64,000 nt of DNA from a virus. Where the stretch lies: IMG/VR virus record IMGVR_UViG_3300030060_004280, positions 32,001 to 96,000 of that record; one strand, given 5' to 3'. Positions 59,323 through 64,000 of this stretch are shown piece by piece. The notes under the pieces were generated by a model, which ran no database searches, was not told the DNA's origin, and was given only the letters and a program-made list of their open reading frames with translations. A program made the translations under genes and the position numbers. How positions within the stretch are numbered: position 1 is the first letter of the stretch; each line of letters starts with the position of its first letter.

Positions 59323-60521
59323 GATATTCCGCCCCTTCTAACATACAACCCATAAGCATGCGCGCCCCACATTGTAGGGTCATCTTCGGGGTCTGCTTCT
59401 GTTGCACCTGTTGGCGCAGAAGTCATGCGGCGATGAGCGTTAGGTGTCGGTCCATCCGGTGCAGGGTCAAGCGATGCATCCGCTTTTCGCGTTAAACCTC
59501 TCAATAACTTCTCAAGTTTTTGAATTAGACGACGATATTCTTGTTTATCTCGCATCGTCATACCTTTAGCAAGTAGCGCGGCGAAAGGTGATGAACCACC
59601 CATCGCTAAGTCAGTAGCCTTTGAGTGTTCTGCACCCATTGGAGTGTCGGGTTTTCTCGGCGTGTGTGTTTTCTTTGGTCCTTTAGTCGCGTCCCTGTGT
59701 TCAGCCGTTCCTCTTGGTGCATGAGCAATTCGCGATTCGGGCAATTCTGTTGGAATTGAAGGAGTAACAGGTTGAGTTGGCATAGAACCCGATATTTCTG
59801 CTCTTCTTGCTTCGGATTCGCGAGCGCGGGGTGAACTCATCATAGCGGGAGGACCCGAACGCATAGATGCTGTTGTAAGATAATTGGGAGTGGTGCGAGT
59901 TTGCCTACTGTATTGCATTGAAGGTTGAGTAGCCCTATGTGATGCGATAACTCCGGTATATTTACCCGGATTACGACCTGTATCAACTCTTAGAGGGTTA
60001 CCTGCTTTGCGTTTGCGGGTCTTTTTCTTAGAATCTATTGTTTTAGTTTTCTCTTTACGACTCTTACGACCCTTTTCAGCGCGCTGTCTTGCGCGAACTG
60101 TGTCTATTGTAGTAGTTTTCTTAGGCTTTTCCCTGTCGTATTTTGGCGCGTCTTTTTTTTTAATTACATCAAAAGCCAAATCCATAGGTTCGCCGGTCAT
60201 AACACCCATACCTAACCCATTACCTTGTGGATTAGCGCCCGGAACAACCTCGCTTTGCCCCACTTGACCCATTTGACCGGCTTCTTCTTGAAGTCGCTCT
60301 TCATCTTCTTTGTTTTGCTGTGGTATTTTGATTTTCAAATGCTGAATACCTTGCAATAATCGAGCGCGTTTCTCTTGCTCATTCTGTTTTTTAGCGTTAT
60401 GCTTGGCGCGCTCTTCGGAATCTTCACGCCCTACCGAAGAATCTTCTTCGATTTCTTCTGCGCTTTGGCGTGGATTGAACCGCAAATTACCTGCGCTACC
60501 CGAACCATCTCCCATCGGCAT
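59319..60521 (-). CDS. tagged basic disordered protein
   Basis: Internal 'GEPMDLAFDVIKK' followed by a K/R-rich region. Confidence 0.8.
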   Translation of the reverse strand: MPMGDGSGSAGNLRFNPRQSAEEIEEDSSVGREDSEERAKHNAKKQNEQEKRARLLQGIQHLKIKIPQQNKEDEERLQEEAGQMGQVGQSEVVPGANPQGNGLGMGVMTGEPMDLAFDVIKKKDAPKYDREKPKKTTTIDTVRARQRAEKGRKSRKEKTKTIDSKKKTRKRKAGNPLRVDTGRNPGKYTGVIASHRATQPSMQYSRQTRTTPNYLTTASMRSGPPAMMSSPRARESEARRAEISGSMPTQPVTPSIPTELPESRIAHAPRGTAEHRDATKGPKKTHTPRKPDTPMGAEHSKATDLAMGGSSPFAALLAKGMTMRDKQEYRRLIQKLEKLLRGLTRKADASLDPAPDGPTPNAHRRMTSAPTGATEADPEDDPTMWGAHAYGLYVRRGGIS

Positions 60522-60955
60522 TAGTCATCACCATCACACAATGATTCAAAAGTCCTTTGGAGAACACTCGCTATATTGTAATAAAATAAACACACTTCTT
60601 CATTCTCCTTAAACACACCTGCATATGCGCTAAAAATAGTATGTATCGCTAACATCATATGCGCTAATATGGATTTAGCGTGTATGAACTTCTCTCCATC
60701 ATCAACAGTCATAATTTTGAATTGTGTTTCCACATCTCGCACTATACCTCTATGAGTATGATACTCGGCGTATATATGTGGAGCCATGTTACTAACTGCA
60801 TGATGCCAACGGTCTATAACGACATTAATTAATTTGAAAAATCTATCATATTCATCGACTGTCAATGCGCGATTTGCTTGCAACAAGTCGCTATCGTCAA
60901 TATCTTGACATTGGATGAACGGAACAAATACAGTAGCCTCACTCATTACCTTCAC
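60521..60955 (-). CDS. hypothetical helical protein
   Basis: Coupled ORF, 144 aa. Confidence 0.7.
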   Translation of the reverse strand: MKVMSEATVFVPFIQCQDIDDSDLLQANRALTVDEYDRFFKLINVVIDRWHHAVSNMAPHIYAEYHTHRGIVRDVETQFKIMTVDDGEKFIHAKSILAHMMLAIHTIFSAYAGVFKENEEVCLFYYNIASVLQRTFESLCDGDD

Positions 60956-61610
60956 CCATCAATTTACCCCTTAATTTTCGCCAAACTTCGGGAGATTCTT
61001 TGGCTAACTCAACTTTGAGAATGTTGATTGTCTGCGCGTTGATATTTTCTGTCACATTACCTGCGGCTCGGTCTTGTATTTTTATCATCATGTTGACGGT
61101 ATCACGAACTTCTTTGTGTAACGATACAATATTACGCACATATTGAGGGTCATTACGGTCTGCATCGTCGAGAAAATGCGCTAACTCACCATTTAATCGA
61201 GCAAGATTACCGCGTATGGAGTTCATTTCATCACCGGCTTCGATAGCGATTATATCAGCCGCGCCTTTTTGCACGATAGGTTTGAGATGATGTTTCAAAT
61301 GATGATATGCGCTTGATTCGGGCATTCCTATATCTTGCGCTATTTCTTCTGTCGTCATTGAGCCATTGTAATATGCGTGTTCAAGAGATTCGCGTTTAAC
61401 TGATGTGCAAAACTTACATTCGCTGTTAGAACCCATATGATATTCGCCCATATGGTTACGAAAATGGCGGTCTGCTGTGCCTTCTCGCCAACCTTTGTCT
61501 TTATCCAATTGTTTAGCGTCGATGAAACCATCTTTCATCAATTGCTCTAAACTATCTCGTTCTTCATCTTGACAAAACGGACAAGATGCTCGCGTTACTC
61601 TCTCGCCCAC
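60939..61610 (-). CDS. putative terminase small subunit / DNA-binding protein with duplicated CxxC-HTH-HxxxH units
   Basis: CPFC..HFRNHM and CKFC..HLKHHL repeats plus a C-terminal coiled coil; heads the gene block leading to TerL. Confidence 0.5.
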   Translation of the reverse strand: MGERVTRASCPFCQDEERDSLEQLMKDGFIDAKQLDKDKGWREGTADRHFRNHMGEYHMGSNSECKFCTSVKRESLEHAYYNGSMTTEEIAQDIGMPESSAYHHLKHHLKPIVQKGAADIIAIEAGDEMNSIRGNLARLNGELAHFLDDADRNDPQYVRNIVSLHKEVRDTVNMMIKIQDRAAGNVTENINAQTINILKVELAKESPEVWRKLRGKLMGEGNE

Positions 61611-61661
61611 ATGGGAATGCAGAACGAAACACTTGAAAATAATTGCGATGTAGGGTCCGCT

Positions 61662-61964
61662 ATGAGAACTCCTACAAAAACCCCACGAATAGCAGGAATA
61701 CCATTGAATAAAAGTTCCGCTATCAGCCTCGGAAAAGGAGTTATGGATTCTTTATTAAATCGCAAAGTCGATACAGCAGAAAGAGATAGAAGATTGAAGA
61801 TATGTCACTCTTGTGAACACTTTAGCGCACCAAGATGCACATTATGTGGCTGTTTTATGAACTTCAAAACAACGCTATCGTCAAGCAATTGCCCTGTTAA
61901 CAAATGGTTACCCGTTGGAGAACTTGCGATAGACCAATCCGGTAAAACTGAAAAGAGCGAATAA
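61662..61964 (+). CDS. Cys-rich small protein (DUF6171-like from memory)
   Basis: 'RLKICHSCEHF..RCTLCGCFM..K......CPVNKW'; the only credible + strand gene in the late region. Confidence 0.75.
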   Translation: MRTPTKTPRIAGIPLNKSSAISLGKGVMDSLLNRKVDTAERDRRLKICHSCEHFSAPRCTLCGCFMNFKTTLSSSNCPVNKWLPVGELAIDQSGKTEKSE

Positions 61965-62150
61965 CACTACAAGCAAGTAGGATAGGTTAGTTGAACTCAT
62001 ACTGTTGCTATTGAAAGCAATAATCATAAAACATCCAAGTGTTAAACTGATTAATTGAACCATAATCATGTCAACAATGACTGATTTGCGCATATTGCTA
62101 AAATCACTAATAGCGGTGAATAAACCACCCGTCCAATCTCCACCTTGCAT
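61908..62150 (-). CDS. two-TM small membrane protein
   Basis: Two hydrophobic helices with a short basic tail. Confidence 0.7.
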   Translation of the reverse strand: MQGGDWTGGLFTAISDFSNMRKSVIVDMIMVQLISLTLGCFMIIAFNSNSMSSTNLSYLLVVLFALFSFTGLVYRKFSNG

Positions 62151-62151
62151 C

Positions 62152-62733
62152 TTAACGACCTCCTGTTGCTAATCCACGCACTAACGAACCAAGACCGCCA
62201 CCGACGCTTTGCATCATGCCGGGGTCAGCGATAGCCTCATTCAACATATTTTGCATCATACTTTGATTTGCAAGTTGAACCATTTGTTGAAACTGCATAG
62301 TTTTTTGTTGAACATTGTTTGATGACGCGTTAAGGATTTGAGTTTGCGCCATTGTTACGCTATCAGCCGTTGGCATACCTGTAACTGCGCTAAAATCAAA
62401 CTTATACCCATCCCCATCTTCGACTAAGCGCGCATTAGCGAGCATAGTATTGACTGATACCGCTACAAGACTACTTAACAATGAAATAAGCATATTCATA
62501 TTTGCACCATTGTTATCGGATAACCACTTGTCAATCAACGGGTTAGATGTTATCATTGCGGATAGAATCTCCATTTCGGATGGCGGCGCTTGATATTGCA
62601 ATCCGTATGGCTGTTGTTGCCCCCATTGTTGCTGTCCTTGCGCCGGAACTTGTTGTTGACCCCCTGCTAAGCCGAGATTCAACGCGCCTTGCTGTTGTTG
62701 TTGCTGATTGTTACCATTAAACGGCCATACCAT
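62152..62733 (-). CDS. Gln/Met-rich hypothetical protein
   Basis: GGTGG RBS, poly-Q N-terminus, amphipathic helices. Confidence 0.75.
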   Translation of the reverse strand: MVWPFNGNNQQQQQQGALNLGLAGGQQQVPAQGQQQWGQQQPYGLQYQAPPSEMEILSAMITSNPLIDKWLSDNNGANMNMLISLLSSLVAVSVNTMLANARLVEDGDGYKFDFSAVTGMPTADSVTMAQTQILNASSNNVQQKTMQFQQMVQLANQSMMQNMLNEAIADPGMMQSVGGGLGSLVRGLATGGR

Positions 62734-62742
62734 GATACCACC

Positions 62743-63636
62743 TCACGCGCTCCCATCATTTGATTCTGTCGGTAAAGGCATTGGTTGTGCTTGAACGGCT
62801 TGTTGTTGCATTTGGTGCATCGCTAACGCGTCAAACAAAAGGCGAGTGTTGCCATTATTTTGGAATTGACGCATATCGAACATCACAATTACCAAATCGT
62901 TAATCCCCGTAGCGGTATTTGTCATATGCGTAACAGGAATATTGTCTTTTTTAAGCATTTCAAAGAACGGTTGGTATTTAGCGAGTGTTGGAGGCGTGTT
63001 ATCCTTCTTTTTGATGGTGCTAATAGGAACAGCCACCACAGAAACCCCCTTCTTGAGTTTGGCTTTGAGTGTTCCACTCTTTGCTTCTTGCTCGGCTTCT
63101 TCTTCTTTTTCCCATTTTGTAAGCATATGATAGAGATGCAAGTGTTCGGGACAATATGTTCCGCGCATCTTGCGCCCACTTGTGACATTTTCACGCGCTA
63201 CAAAGGCTTCGGGTTCTCCGGTTACCGGATTATGGAAATACAACTCCCATAGCGACTTACCTGTTTCCTCATCTAAGATTTGGTCGTAAATATTACCCGC
63301 TAAACGGATAAGATTCTCAACATCCGCCCCATCAATAACACATCGCATAGTATTGGTGTTGTATCGGTATTTTCCCCCGAAAAACCACCTTCTTGGCGAA
63401 AAAATACTTCTTTTCGTCGGTTTTAACAGTTTATACGCCTGTTTTATGTCTTGACGGCGCGCTTTTGTTGGATTCGGGTGTCTTGAAGGGTAAAAATTGA
63501 CTTGAGGCACTTCAATTACACCCGCTTGCTCTTGCATAGCGGCTTGAACCATCGCCTGTTGCTGTATTTGCGCCAATGGCATATTCGTTTGTGCGGCAAG
63601 CCTCAATAAGTCTGTCTGTGATTGTTTTCCAAGCAT
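62743..63636 (-). CDS. hypothetical protein with Gln-rich ends and possible metal site
   Basis: 'CVIDG' ... 'YCPEH'; coupled in the operon. Confidence 0.75.
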   Translation of the reverse strand: MLGKQSQTDLLRLAAQTNMPLAQIQQQAMVQAAMQEQAGVIEVPQVNFYPSRHPNPTKARRQDIKQAYKLLKPTKRSIFSPRRWFFGGKYRYNTNTMRCVIDGADVENLIRLAGNIYDQILDEETGKSLWELYFHNPVTGEPEAFVARENVTSGRKMRGTYCPEHLHLYHMLTKWEKEEEAEQEAKSGTLKAKLKKGVSVVAVPISTIKKKDNTPPTLAKYQPFFEMLKKDNIPVTHMTNTATGINDLVIVMFDMRQFQNNGNTRLLFDALAMHQMQQQAVQAQPMPLPTESNDGSA

Positions 63637-63640
63637 TTTT

Positions 63641-64000
63641 TCACCAACTTAACATTTCCAATAGTGTTTTCTCCACATTCCATCCTATATTTGTAGCCAT
63701 CATAGATACGCGGCAAGGAATACCCGCTTTTTGTAATCTGCGCATAGCAGGTCTATGCACATCGAAGACTTTGTGTTCGCGAAGTCGATTAGATTGCCAA
63801 AGTATGTTTGCATTGTCATCCCACCATTCATCAGCCTTGTTTGCTATAATCCATACTTGTTTGGGGGAGTAGCGCTTACCTTTGAGTCTTGTTTTCAATC
63901 TTCTATATTTCCATCGCTTTTCTATCAATGCATCAACAAGGAACTCTAATCCACCCACCACATCAATGACTTGACTCCCATTACCTTTCAAGGCGCGTGT
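63641..64000 (-). CDS. 5'-truncated small GTPase-like protein (C-terminal half)
   Basis: G4-like 'VWIIANKADEW' and G5-like 'MATNIGWNVEKTL'; frame open to the window edge. Confidence 0.6.
   Translation of the reverse strand, partial: TRALKGNGSQVIDVVGGLEFLVDALIEKRWKYRRLKTRLKGKRYSPKQVWIIANKADEWWDDNANILWQSNRLREHKVFDVHRPAMRRLQKAGIPCRVSMMATNIGWNVEKTLLEMLSW

Noticed and set aside
698-63949. Many antisense or out-of-frame ORFs in the track (e.g. 31026-31592, 36067-36516, 42172-42843, 55830-56324)
   Set aside because: They lie wholly within well-supported genes and mirror their low-complexity codon patterns; no RBS or motifs.
1-64000. tRNA, rRNA, integrase or cellular host genes
   Set aside because: None recognised by eye. 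Spacers are too short for RNA genes and gene content is wholly viral, so there is no evidence of a provirus junction.

Overview
The window is about 64 kb of a tailed archaeal dsDNA virus (Caudoviricetes), most likely a Magrovirus-type virus of marine Group II Euryarchaeota (Poseidoniales). That assignment is inferred from a virus-encoded group II chaperonin, GGTGA/GGAGG ribosome-binding sites, and a terminase-portal-protease-capsid module. Bases 1-3155 (+) end an early block (possible AAA+/MCM-like C-terminus, DnaQ-like exonuclease, thermosome). Almost everything from 64000 down to 3156 is one densely packed minus-strand block. In transcription order it holds: a small-GTPase-like gene with Gln-rich and membrane neighbours, putative TerS, large basic or low-complexity proteins, TerL, a LAGLIDADG fusion, portal, a 2081-aa protein with a degenerate ligase domain, prohead protease/scaffold, major capsid protein, head-tail proteins, tail tube, frameshifted tail chaperones, tape measure, a 5.6k-aa tail protein, hub and fibres. 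No tail sheath was recognised, so it is probably siphovirus-like. The main candidate for an undescribed system is a recurrent short peptide tag, (P-M/I-D/E-x)-A-[WF]-x-x-[LI]-K. It opens or subdivides about 10 unrelated accessory proteins scattered through the structural operon. Its hydrophobic-x-K end matches putative processing sites in the capsid protein and the protease. This suggests a modular capsid-loading and protease-release system for cargo (ART-like enzyme, basic domains, Zn mini-domains). Other highlights: a second scaffold-like protein sharing the protease C-terminal motif, a clear -1 frameshift signal, a 150-aa module shared by tail tube and giant tail protein, and apparent avoidance of several restriction-type motifs. 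All assignments come from motif reading by eye; no searches were run.
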